Below, in pieces: positions 1 to 8,393 of a stretch of DNA of 64,000 nt. The translations under genes were made by a program, and so were the position numbers. The stretch's first letter is position 1; each line of letters begins with the position of its first letter. The stretch comes from a virus (lineage: Duplodnaviria; Caudoviricetes), in the IMG/VR virus record IMGVR_UViG_3300028626_000002, positions 61,327 through 125,326 of that record, one strand, 5' to 3'. The notes under the pieces are model-generated. The model was not told where the DNA came from. It did no database searches and saw only the letters and a program-made list of their open reading frames with translations.

Positions 1-41
1 GGCGGGCGGGCCTACCCGCGGGGCCCGAAGCTGGCAACCGG

Positions 42-70
42 TTGACACCTGTGCGGCAACAGGTTACCCT
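42..70 (+). promoter_or_regulatory. sigma70-like promoter of the first homing endonuclease
   Basis: TTGACA-17 nt-TACCCT, followed by GGAGG and the ATG at 89. Confidence 0.55.
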
Positions 71-88
71 CTGGGCGGAGGTGACAAG

Positions 89-577
89 ATGGCCACACCA
101 GAGGAACTTGCGTACTGCGCAGGGGTAATTGACTCGGATGGGTGCATCCGAGTGGGTCGCGGGGTCAAGCGTGACAAGCGAGCGGGCAAACACAGCGCTT
201 ACGCTGACTACCACCCCGCTGTCCACGTCGGCCAGGTGGAACCACAAGCGGTTGACCTGCTGAAGCGGGTATTCGGAGGAAGCATCTACCTGCGCAAGCG
301 CGACAAGAAGGCCCACCGCACCTTGATGGTGTGGCGAGTGAGGGACAACCTTGCGGCGGAATGCGCCAGGCAGTTGCTGCCCTACCTGCGCATCAAGAAG
401 GCGCAGGCACTGAACTGTATTGCCCTGCAGGACTACCGCCACGAGTACGGCAGGCAGTCAAGGGCGGTGAAGGGGAGGGCCGGTACTACATTCCGCACAG
501 CCGACGTGATACAGAGGCTCGAGGAGTTCTACGCGGAGTCGAGGAGGCTCAACGCAGGGAGCACGGAGGAACCATAA
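89..577 (+). CDS. LAGLIDADG homing endonuclease (single motif)
   Basis: LAYCAGVIDSDGCI motif, FGGSIY and LLPYLRIKK are typical of phage LAGLIDADG HEGs; the stop overlaps the next start (TAATG). Confidence 0.85.
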   Translation: MATPEELAYCAGVIDSDGCIRVGRGVKRDKRAGKHSAYADYHPAVHVGQVEPQAVDLLKRVFGGSIYLRKRDKKAHRTLMVWRVRDNLAAECARQLLPYLRIKKAQALNCIALQDYRHEYGRQSRAVKGRAGTTFRTADVIQRLEEFYAESRRLNAGSTEEP

Positions 578-2352
578 TGGCCAACAAGACGCTGTTCAAG
601 TCCACGAGTAGCAAGCGTCCCCCCACGGACACGACCAACGAGGCCGGGGGCCGGGCATACAACAGGGACTCTCGCCTCGCGCTCGCGCAGCTCAGTGCAA
701 CCGGCTGCCTCGGCGGCACGTTCTACACGAGCCCCGAACAGGAGCTGGCGACCATCCTGGACCTCTGTGGCCAGAACTCCCCCGAGTTCGTGGCCAAGGC
801 CGCCGTCTACGCCCGCAAGCGCGGGTTCATGAAGGACGCCCCCGCCCTGATGGTGGCGCACCTGGCGTCGCTGCAGACCGCGGAGGGCCGGAACGCCTTC
901 ACGCAGGCGTTCCCGCTCGTCATGGACAACGCGAAGATGGTCCGGAACTTCGTCCAGATCATCCGTTCCGGGCAGGCCGGCCGCAAGTCGTTCGGTTCCC
1001 GGCCCAAGAAGCTGATCCAGGCGTGGTTCAACAACATCCCGGACCACGCGCTGTTCAACTCCAGCATCGGGCAGGACCCGTCGCTGGGGGACATCATCAA
1101 CCTGGTCCACCCGCTGCCCAAGACGGACTCCCGCCGGGCCTTGTACGGCTACCTGAAGGGCACCGAGGGCATCACCCGGGAGGCGTTCGACCGGCTGCCG
1201 CAGGCCGAGCGGTTCAACCGGCATGGCGACCCGCGCTTCTACTTCTCCGACGACCTGCCGCCCCTGGTGCAGGCCTACGAGCAGCTGAAGCGCGGCGCGT
1301 GGGACGGCGAGCAGCTGCCGCGGGTCAACTTCCAGATGCTGACCTCGCTGAAGCTGTCGAAGGACCAGTGGGCCGAGGTGGCCATGACGATGTCGTGGTA
1401 CGCCCTGCGGATGAACCTGAACACCCTGCTGCGGCATGGCGTGTTCGACATCCCGGGGATGACGCCGAAGATCGTCGCCCGGCTGACGGACCCGGAGGCC
1501 ATCCGCAAGGCCAAGGCCTTCCCGTACCAGCTGCTGACCGCGTACCTCTACGCGGACGACAAGCTGCCGCGCGCGGTCAAGAACGCCCTGCAGGACGCCA
1601 TGGAGGTGGCCTGCGAGAACGTCCCGCTCATCGGGAGCGGCCGCATCCTCATCTGCCCGGACGTGTCCGGGTCGATGCGCGAGCCCATCACCGGCAAGCG
1701 GGACCAGGTGTCGAAGATCAACCGCATCCACGTGGCGGCGCTCATCGCCGCGGCGCTGATGCGGAAGAACCCGGACGCGGACATCCTGCCGTTCGCCAAC
1801 GACGTGCGCGGGGACATCCAGTTCAACCCCCGCGACAGCATCATGACGAACGCCCAGCGCGTCTACGACGCGGCCGCCGGCGGAACCCGCATGGCCGCGC
1901 CGCTGCTCCTGGCCAACCGGGAGCAGCGGAAGTACGAGGCGGTGGTCTTCGTCTCGGACAACGAGTCCTGGATGGACAGCGAGGGTCGGCACTACGGCCC
2001 CTGCGGGAAGCAGCTGTGGTCGAACCCCCTGTTCCAGCACCCGACCACCAAGGACTGGGGGGCGACGCAGACCCTGGAGGAGTGGAACACCTTCTCCCGG
2101 CGCAACCACGGCGCCAAGCTGGTGTGCGTCGACCTGACGCCGGACACCACCGTGCAGTGCATCGACCGGGCGGACATCCTCAACGTCGGCGGCTTCTCCG
2201 ACGCGGTGTTCGACGTCATCGACTCGTTCGCGAAGGGCGACCTGACCCCGGAGCACTGGGTGGGCGAGATCGAGCGCATCAACCTGCACCAGTTCGACCC
2301 GACCCCACACGAGGTGGGCCAGGTCGAGGAATCGGCCGAGCCGCTGGCCTAA
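577..2352 (+). CDS. rsr: Ro60/TROVE-domain RNA-binding protein (Rsr-like) with C-terminal vWA domain
   Basis: TNEAGGRAY, GTFY, ALRMNLNTLLRHGVF, FPYQLLTAY, vWA MIDAS DVSGSM, VSDNESW, VGGFSDAVF; true start MANKTLF at 577. Confidence 0.93.
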   Translation: MANKTLFKSTSSKRPPTDTTNEAGGRAYNRDSRLALAQLSATGCLGGTFYTSPEQELATILDLCGQNSPEFVAKAAVYARKRGFMKDAPALMVAHLASLQTAEGRNAFTQAFPLVMDNAKMVRNFVQIIRSGQAGRKSFGSRPKKLIQAWFNNIPDHALFNSSIGQDPSLGDIINLVHPLPKTDSRRALYGYLKGTEGITREAFDRLPQAERFNRHGDPRFYFSDDLPPLVQAYEQLKRGAWDGEQLPRVNFQMLTSLKLSKDQWAEVAMTMSWYALRMNLNTLLRHGVFDIPGMTPKIVARLTDPEAIRKAKAFPYQLLTAYLYADDKLPRAVKNALQDAMEVACENVPLIGSGRILICPDVSGSMREPITGKRDQVSKINRIHVAALIAAALMRKNPDADILPFANDVRGDIQFNPRDSIMTNAQRVYDAAAGGTRMAAPLLLANREQRKYEAVVFVSDNESWMDSEGRHYGPCGKQLWSNPLFQHPTTKDWGATQTLEEWNTFSRRNHGAKLVCVDLTPDTTVQCIDRADILNVGGFSDAVFDVIDSFAKGDLTPEHWVGEIERINLHQFDPTPHEVGQVEESAEPLA

Positions 2353-2448
2353 CCCACCAGCAGCTCAGTCACCCCGGCCCCGTGGCGCGTGCTCCCGCTC
2401 ACGGGGCCGGGGAGTCCCCTCTCCCCATCCCTTCACCATGAGGACACT

Positions 2449-2961
2449 GTGAGCAGCGACTCGAAGTCCACCTTCGTTCAGGACCTCCGTACGAAGTTCG
2501 GCACGGAGCCGTTCACCGACAGCAAGGACCCCAAGAACGGCAGCATCCTGTACCTCCGGGTCGGCAAGGGCGCCGACACCTGGATCGTGACCGTCAACTA
2601 CCAGCTCTACGCCCCCCGGAAGCCGCAGGGCAGCCACCTCGTCACGTACGGGGTGTCCGTCCGGAACCCCCGCGACTCCTACCACCGCGAGTACGGCCAG
2701 GCTGTGGCGTGGATGCGTCGCAGGGAGGCGGACCGCACTTTCCTCAGCGGCCCCCGGCGGGCGTTCTGGGGCAACATGACCCTCGAGGACGGCGTCGCGG
2801 AGGCCGGCCGCTCGGGCGTCACCAAGGCGGTCATCGCCAGGGTCACCAAGCACCTCTCCACGGACGAGTACGTGCCCATGCCGCTGCGGCTCGCCACGGT
2901 GGCGGCCACGCAGGACTGGGCCAACAGGCAGCAGGAGAAGGAGGAACACGCGCATGCTTGA
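2449..2961 (+). CDS. hypothetical protein
   Basis: ORF with phage-like codon usage; GTG start after AGGA; start uncertain. Confidence 0.6.
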   Translation: MSSDSKSTFVQDLRTKFGTEPFTDSKDPKNGSILYLRVGKGADTWIVTVNYQLYAPRKPQGSHLVTYGVSVRNPRDSYHREYGQAVAWMRRREADRTFLSGPRRAFWGNMTLEDGVAEAGRSGVTKAVIARVTKHLSTDEYVPMPLRLATVAATQDWANRQQEKEEHAHA

Positions 2962-3442
2962 CCAGCTCCAGGAACAGAACCTTCCCGGCACCGGCCCGCA
3001 CTCCGGCGTGGGCAGCTACGAGGTCCGCGAGGCCCCCGTGGTCATCCCCGACCCCGATGGGGGCGAGGGCACCCCCGCCACCGTCCCGTACGTGGCCTTC
3101 CAGCCGGCCGTGGTCGTCACCGCGGGTCCCGCCGAGATCGCCGCCGCCGAGGGCAGGGACCTCGAGGGCACGGGCTCCGGGGTGGTCAGCGCCACGGCCC
3201 TCAGCGCCTCCCGCCCCGACCAGAACGCCGACTGCATCCCGCCCGAGGACCTGTTCAAGGCCGTGACCGAGGGCAATGGCGTGGACATCTACGTGCGCCA
3301 GCGCGGGGTCGTCCTGAAGTACCGGGTCGTCATCGACGAGCTCCCCGACGAGGGCATCACGTTCGGGGCCGTCGAGAACAACGGCACGCTCGACGAGATC
3401 GGCTACGCCAACTACGACGACCACCCCACCTCCATGGGGTAG
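2954..3442 (+). CDS. hypothetical acidic protein
   Basis: GAGGA SD, overlap with the previous gene, high GC3. Confidence 0.65.
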   Translation: MLDQLQEQNLPGTGPHSGVGSYEVREAPVVIPDPDGGEGTPATVPYVAFQPAVVVTAGPAEIAAAEGRDLEGTGSGVVSATALSASRPDQNADCIPPEDLFKAVTEGNGVDIYVRQRGVVLKYRVVIDELPDEGITFGAVENNGTLDEIGYANYDDHPTSMG

Positions 3443-3463
3443 CGGTACAACGCAGGAAGTTGT

Positions 3464-3471
3464 GGTATAAC
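3464..3471 (+). promoter_or_regulatory. putative promoter for the ncRNA cluster
   Basis: TGTGGTATAAC, the same GGTATAA motif found in about 12 other intergenic regions, immediately upstream of Y-RNA unit 0. Confidence 0.5.
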
Positions 3472-3481
3472 AAGCATGGAA

Positions 3482-3537
3482 GGCCGAATGCTCGCCGGGT
3501 CTACAGGCGATGAAGACTCGGCACCAGGTCGTCGGCC
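3482..3537 (+). ncRNA. Y RNA-like unit 0 (minimal, Ro-binding stem only)
   Basis: GGCCGAATG...TCGTCGGCC terminal stem with inner stem GCCGGGTCT/AGACTCGGC; same frame as the eight downstream units. Confidence 0.65.
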
Positions 3538-3614
3538 AGCCCACACGGGGGACAAGAGAGCCCGGAGGAGGAAACTCCTACCGGGACCCCCCGCGGGGCA
3601 AGCTCCTTGACAAT

Positions 3615-3981
3615 GGGGGTGACCCGGTTTCGACAGGGCGAAGCAGACATGCAGCAGCGCGCCGTGGTTGGTCAGCAGGCCACGTAAAAAGCCGACCAGA
3701 GCAAACTGCCAACTTCAACACCTTCACCGAGGACTCGCTCTTCGGTGGCAAGCTGAAGCCCCTGGCCGCGGTCGAGGGATTCGTCCCGACGACCAACGCC
3801 TCGCAGTTCGCCTACGCCTGACGGTTCATCCGCTGGCGGGTTGCTGGACCTGAAAACCAGCTGGGCACGCAGCCCCGAGTAGAGCTGCAGAGTGCCACGT
3901 CCTCACCATGACGTGGCTACGCACGTAGACGCTGTATCAAGCACGTTCTGGACTGGGGTTCGACTCCCCACACCTCCACCA
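3615..3981 (+). ncRNA. ssrA: tmRNA
   Basis: 5' GGGGGTG pairs with 3' CACCTCC-ACCA (G3:U70); T-arm GGGGTTCGACTCCCC; 5' GACCCGGTTTCGAC; internal tag ORF 3708-3821 starting GCC AAC. Confidence 0.95.
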
Positions 3982-4201
3982 TGCCGGTGCCCGTTGGCAG
4001 AACCCCGGGTTTCGCAACCAGGGGGATGGCGGGAAGCGACACCGGCAGCTGCACGCGTCGTTGGCAATGTCTCCGGGGCACCGGGGTTCGCCGCAAGGCC
4101 GACCCCACCGCCCCGGGGCATGCAGCACGACTCTTTACGGCTTGACAGCCGGCAGCAACCGTGGCACCTTCAGCGTGTCACTGGCTCTTTGCAACGTGCC
4201 T

Positions 4202-4259
4202 GGCCGAATGCCTAGCGGGGGTACTACCATTCACGTTCCCTCGCGCCTCATCGTCGGCC
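4202..4259 (+). ncRNA. Y RNA-like unit 1 (minimal)
   Basis: GGCCGAATGCC..GGGGGTAC....TCGTCGGCC. Confidence 0.7.
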
Positions 4260-4271
4260 GGCTTGAATCGT

Positions 4272-4386
4272 TCCGCTGAATGTCGTGAGCGGCTACTGGG
4301 CGGGCCTCAGAAGCGAGGGTCAAGGTCGGTTGGAATCCGACCCCATTCACCCGAAAGGGTTGGCCGGCACCATTATCGTCAGCGGG
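4272..4386 (+). ncRNA. Y RNA-like unit 2
   Basis: CCGCTGAATG...TCGTCAGCGG stem; inner T-arm-like GTCGGTTGGAATCCGAC and a CCCGAAAGGG hairpin. Confidence 0.65.
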
Positions 4387-4417
4387 TCCTCGTTCGTTGA
4401 CAACCAGTCGCAGACGC

Positions 4418-4554
4418 ACCTGACCGAATGCCTGTTGGGGGTACTTCCACTGCTAATGGAGAGGTCGCAGGTTCAAGTCCTGCCGTCCGGCTCGCCGGGC
4501 GTAGCTCAGCTGGGAGAGCGCTTACGTTCCCTCGACGATATTCGTCGGTCAGGT
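4418..4554 (+). ncRNA. YrlA-type Y RNA unit 3 with permuted tRNA-like domain
   Basis: ACCTGACCGAATG...TCGTCGGTCAGGT stem; T-arm GCAGGTTCAAGTCCTGC, closed acceptor-like hairpin, then D-arm TAGCTCAGCTGGGAGAGC. Confidence 0.85.
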
Positions 4555-4565
4555 TCTACTCGCAT

Positions 4566-4702
4566 CGGGTCGAATGCACGTGAGGAGTACATGAGGGCAC
4601 CGCAGGTCGTGGGTTCAAATCCCACCTCCCCGCCTTCGTACGGGGGGTAGCTCAGCCTGGGAGAGCATCGGTATTGAGCTCTTCGCACCCCATCGTCGAC
4701 CC
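4566..4702 (+). ncRNA. YrlA-type Y RNA unit 4
   Basis: CGGGTCGAATG...TCGTCGACCCG; T-arm GTGGGTTCAAATCCCAC, CTCCCCG/CGGGGGG hairpin, D-arm TAGCTCAGCCTGGGAGAGC. Confidence 0.85.
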
Positions 4703-4717
4703 GGTTCTTCTGTCACA

Positions 4718-4880
4718 CGTGCCGAATGCCTGCCGGGGTTACTTCAACAGCGCTACCAGGTCCGAATCCTGGGTCGGCGCCGCAAGGGGCCGTCGAGAGT
4801 GTGGATTGGCAGACACCTCCCGCCTTGCCGCAAGGCGACGGGGGCACCCAAGAAAGTCCCCAGCACCAATGGTCGGCACG
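4718..4880 (+). ncRNA. Y RNA-like unit 5 (large variable domain)
   Basis: CGTGCCGAATGCC...GGTCGGCACG; T-arm variant CCAGGTCCGAATCCTGG and two GCAA-capped hairpins. Confidence 0.7.
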
Positions 4881-4888
4881 GTTCTCGT

Positions 4889-5023
4889 TGACCAGATGCC
4901 CGCTCGGACTACATCACGCGCCGGAGATAGGGGAGCAGCGTCCCCTGCGCCATTCGTGGCGTTCGACCAAAGCAGGTCGCCGGGCCCGCAAGGGCTACCT
5001 CCGAACGAACGAATCGCTGGTCA
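4889..5023 (+). ncRNA. Y RNA-like unit 6
   Basis: TGACCAGATGCC...TCGCTGGTCA, a covarying version of the terminal stem, with a multi-hairpin interior. Confidence 0.65.
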
Positions 5024-5034
5024 TGCGCAACGTC

Positions 5035-5178
5035 ACGAGTCAGATGCCCGTAGGGAGTACACTGAAAATTCTTGGGCCGCAGGTTCAAATCCTGCCCTCT
5101 CCACTCACGGAGAGGTAGCTCAGTTGGTAGAGCAAAGAAGCCGAAAGGCTGCACTCTCTGCACCCTTCGCTGACTCGT
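5035..5178 (+). ncRNA. YrlA-type Y RNA unit 7
   Basis: ACGAGTCAGATG...TCGCTGACTCGT; T-arm GCAGGTTCAAATCCTGC, CCTCTCC/GGAGAGG hairpin, D-arm TAGCTCAGTTGGTAGAGC. Confidence 0.85.
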
Positions 5179-5217
5179 CTACTCGCGGGCTGAGCTAGTC
5201 AGCCCCTCGCTCGTGTC

Positions 5218-5293
5218 CTTGGTCGAATGCCTCGCGGGTGTACATCAGATTCTGGATCTGACCCAAGTCACTCGCACTTCGTCGTCGACCAAG
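5218..5293 (+). ncRNA. Y RNA-like unit 8 (short)
   Basis: CTTGGTCGAATGCC..GCGGGTG...CACTCGC..TCGTCGACCAAG. Confidence 0.7.
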
Positions 5294-5392
5294 CTCAGCT
5301 ACCCGTGTCCCGCGTCTGCGGCAGGTCCACGCGTCACCATCATCGCCGTTCGCCATGGCTGAACCCACCAACATCAACAGGAGCAGGTACAC

Positions 5393-5605
5393 ATGAACGT
5401 CCGCATCTTCCGCCTGGGTGGCTCCGGTGCCCGCCAGATCGAGCTGTCCGCCGGCGCCACCGTCGCCGACGCCGCGCAGGCCGCCGACCTGCCCACCTCC
5501 GGCCACACGATCTCCGTGAACGGCCTGGGCGCCGCCCTGAACACCGCCCTGTCGGACGGGGACACGGTCTCCCTGGTCCCGAAGGTCGAGGCCGGCTCCC
5601 TGTAG
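5393..5605 (+). CDS. ubiquitin-like beta-grasp protein (ThiS/MoaD-like), C-terminus ..VEAG-SL
   Basis: 70 aa; ATVADAA, ISVNG and LSDGDTVSLVPKVEAG are typical of prokaryotic Ubls; AGGAG SD. Confidence 0.85.
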   Translation: MNVRIFRLGGSGARQIELSAGATVADAAQAADLPTSGHTISVNGLGAALNTALSDGDTVSLVPKVEAGSL

Positions 5606-5670
5606 CCGCCGCGCCGCGTCCGTCCCCCTGCCTAGCACAGGGCGGGGGGACGGACGTCAAGGAGACCTGC

Positions 5671-7287
5671 ATGGGCATGTTGCGTAACACCCTGATCAAG
5701 CACCCCGGTCTCAGGGCCCAGATGGAATTTCTGGCGGCTCAGCACGGCATCGACATCGAGTTCGTCACCCACGCGTCCCCCCAGGAAGTCAAGGTCGTTC
5801 GTCCGCCGAAGCACGTCGTCGTTCTGTCGTTCGGCAACGACAGCAGCACCCGCGGGTTTAGCGCACTGTACGACAAGGAGCGGCTGACGTACGTCGGCCC
5901 CTGGAGCGGGTACGGCTCGTACTGCCCCGGGTGCACCTCCGGTATTCCCATCACCGTCCCGGCGGCCGCCGGCGGCACCAAGACCGTCGGTCTCCGGGTG
6001 GGCAACGTCATCTACCTGTACTTCTCCCTCGAGCAGCTGTTCGAGCATGGCACGTCGCTGGCGTGGCAGCCCGAGGACGCAGGCGGGTACGGCCTCGAGT
6101 ACGTCGACGGCCTGGGGTACGGCCGGTGGGTGACTGGGGGCGATTCCGTCGCGCTGGTCCGCAAGCTCTTCAACGACATCTTCGACAAGCACATGCCGGA
6201 AGCGGCGAAGGCCGTCCTGGAGTTCAACTGGGACATCGAGCGGGCGGACTTCGTCACCCGCCAGGCGAGGTTCTTCGCCACCGTGTTCGAGAAGTGGTCG
6301 TCGCGTCTCTCGCAGGTCGAGCAGGAGAAGTGGAACGCCGGCGAGCACCTGCGGACGCTCTGTCGAGAGGAAGCGCATCTGCGGGCATCCTGCGAGGGCT
6401 GGGAGGCCGCCGCGCCCGCCCGGAAGAAGCAGGCGGAGGACGCGTTCGACACGTACATCTCGTACGTCAAGAACGGCGTCATCAGCGACGCCCAGTGGGC
6501 GGGGTCTACGTTCTCGTTCGTGGTCAACCCGCTGAACGTGGGCGGCGACCACGAGTACGCCACGGAGATGGGGCCGTGGAGGGTCTCGCTGGACTTCAAC
6601 ACGTGCGCCTGCAGCATCAGCAAGATGGACCACACCGTCCTGTCGTCGTCGGGCTTCTGGCACCCGCACATCAACCTGAGCGGGCGCCTCTGCATGGGCA
6701 ACGCCGACGCGCTGCTGCACGAGGCCGTGGGTCGCTCGGACCTGGTCGGGGCCATCGCCGTCATCCTCGAGTTCCTGCAGGGGTACAACGAGGACTCCCC
6801 GTACTGCCGTATCGAGCAGTGGAACCCCGACTACTCCGATGACGACGACCACGAGAGCTGCTACGAGAACTCGAGCCCCCATGACTGTGTGTGCTGCTAC
6901 CGGGACTGCGGGTACCGCGATGACGCCGAGTCGCGGTGCTGGGACTACCACGAGGACACTCCCAAGGACTGCATCCGCTGCCGCGACTGCGACTACGTCG
7001 ACACCGCGGAAGAGAACTGTCACCGTGACCAGGTGAATTGCGGGTACGCCTGGAAGTGCGTGGGCGAGTGCGAGCTCAGCCGCTGCGCGTACTACCAGGA
7101 CAGCGACAGCTGCTACGATTCCCACGAAGGCGCCGAATGCACGGACTGCTGCGTGGGCAGCGACTGCAGGCGCTACGTGGACTCCGAGGCCGCCGAGGAG
7201 CCCGAAGAGGCCCCCGTGGAGCAGGCGGCGGAGCAGATGACACCCGTCGGCGAGGCCGTCCCCGAGACGGTGGAGGAGACCGCATGA
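5671..7287 (+). CDS. E2/UBC-like conjugating protein with upstream coiled coil and C-terminal Cys-rich (Zn-binding) region
   Basis: WHPHINLSGRLCMG (HPH-x7-C E2 signature) followed by helices ending in YNEDSPY; more than 20 Cys in the C-terminal 130 aa; operon context. Confidence 0.75.
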   Translation: MGMLRNTLIKHPGLRAQMEFLAAQHGIDIEFVTHASPQEVKVVRPPKHVVVLSFGNDSSTRGFSALYDKERLTYVGPWSGYGSYCPGCTSGIPITVPAAAGGTKTVGLRVGNVIYLYFSLEQLFEHGTSLAWQPEDAGGYGLEYVDGLGYGRWVTGGDSVALVRKLFNDIFDKHMPEAAKAVLEFNWDIERADFVTRQARFFATVFEKWSSRLSQVEQEKWNAGEHLRTLCREEAHLRASCEGWEAAAPARKKQAEDAFDTYISYVKNGVISDAQWAGSTFSFVVNPLNVGGDHEYATEMGPWRVSLDFNTCACSISKMDHTVLSSSGFWHPHINLSGRLCMGNADALLHEAVGRSDLVGAIAVILEFLQGYNEDSPYCRIEQWNPDYSDDDDHESCYENSSPHDCVCCYRDCGYRDDAESRCWDYHEDTPKDCIRCRDCDYVDTAEENCHRDQVNCGYAWKCVGECELSRCAYYQDSDSCYDSHEGAECTDCCVGSDCRRYVDSEAAEEPEEAPVEQAAEQMTPVGEAVPETVEETA

Positions 7288-8393
7288 AGGCCGTCAGCAA
7301 CGGCACTGTCCGGGTGAAGATCCTGGACCGCGAGTACCGCAAGCTCGACGCCTGGGCCCGCCTCGCCACCGGCGAGATTTCGGCCCTGGGCATGGTCGAG
7401 CTGGAGAGCGATGGTCCCCTGATCACCAGCCTCTTCATGCCCCGGCAGGTCTGCACGGGAGCCAGCAGCGACATGAACCAGGAGGACGTGGGCGCCTACC
7501 TCTGCGAGCTGATGGCGCGCGGGGAGGAGGGCAAGCTCCGCGCCTGGGTCCACAGCCACGGTGACCTGGGGGTTTTCTGGTCCGGCACCGACCAGAACAC
7601 CATCAAGGACCTGGGCAGCGATCCGTACCTGGTCTCCGTCGTCGTCAACCGTAAGGGCGAGTACAAGGCCCGCATCGACATCAACAGCCCGTTCAAGGTC
7701 ACGATGGAGGACCTGAGCCTCGTGGTGGTGTACCGGGCGGACAAGGACCTCGAGGACGAGTGCAGGGCGGAGCTGGCCGCGAAGGTCACCTCCCCGGCGC
7801 CCAGCAGCACGCTCGGACGCTTCTCCGACCGGTTCGCCGGCTTCCGGGACCCGCGCATGTCCTTCGGCCAGGGGTGGCCCCGGGACAAGGATGACGACCG
7901 CCCTTTCGCGGGAAGCGCGGCAAGCAGCGACGCGGGGGCCGCGGCCGCGCGGAGCGAGGCGACCCCGGACGTCCATGACGAGGGGGAGGAGTCCTCCCTC
8001 GACTCGTACACGGCCCTGGAGCAGCGCTACGGGTACCTCTACGATCTCGAGGACCTCGTCGAGTTCGCACACCGCGCCGGAGGCGACCTGACCCTGTACA
8101 CCGCGACGGGGTTCAAGGGCGAGGCCGTCACCTTCCGCACCGAGAGCGAGCTGGACAAGGCCCACGAGATCGGCATGATGGACTCCCTGGCCTACGAGGT
8201 GTACTACCGGGCCCTCAACGAGTTCCGCGACCTGACCCTCCGGGGGCTGGAGGAGGCCATCGACGCGGCCTGGACGCGGTACGACATCGACGACCCGAAC
8301 AGCGGCAGGCGGCTGGAGGACGAGGACGAGGACGAGGACGAGGACCCGACGCCCCCCTCGGCGGAGGACCTGCAGGAGGCGTACACGGGATGA
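7284..8393 (+). CDS. JAB/MPN+ metallo-isopeptidase with acidic C-terminal extension
   Basis: GEISALG plus JAMM motif WVHSHGDLGVFWSGTD; ATGA-coupled to the E2 gene. Confidence 0.88.
   Translation: MKAVSNGTVRVKILDREYRKLDAWARLATGEISALGMVELESDGPLITSLFMPRQVCTGASSDMNQEDVGAYLCELMARGEEGKLRAWVHSHGDLGVFWSGTDQNTIKDLGSDPYLVSVVVNRKGEYKARIDINSPFKVTMEDLSLVVVYRADKDLEDECRAELAAKVTSPAPSSTLGRFSDRFAGFRDPRMSFGQGWPRDKDDDRPFAGSAASSDAGAAAARSEATPDVHDEGEESSLDSYTALEQRYGYLYDLEDLVEFAHRAGGDLTLYTATGFKGEAVTFRTESELDKAHEIGMMDSLAYEVYYRALNEFRDLTLRGLEEAIDAAWTRYDIDDPNSGRRLEDEDEDEDEDPTPPSAEDLQEAYTG

Noticed and set aside
331-576. N-terminal extensions in the ORF track for Ro60 (331), E2 (5227), JAB (7038) and SpoU (45330)
   Set aside because: They overlap upstream genes or RNAs. 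SD sites and stop/start coupling support the later starts.
1-577. Group I intron around the first LAGLIDADG gene
   Set aside because: No interrupted host gene or intron core is visible. The gene has its own promoter and is coupled to Ro60.
4418-5178. Ordinary tRNA genes
   Set aside because: The T-arm precedes the D-arm, the acceptor stem is closed by a loop, and there is no anticodon arm or CCA. This fits YrlA-type Y RNAs.
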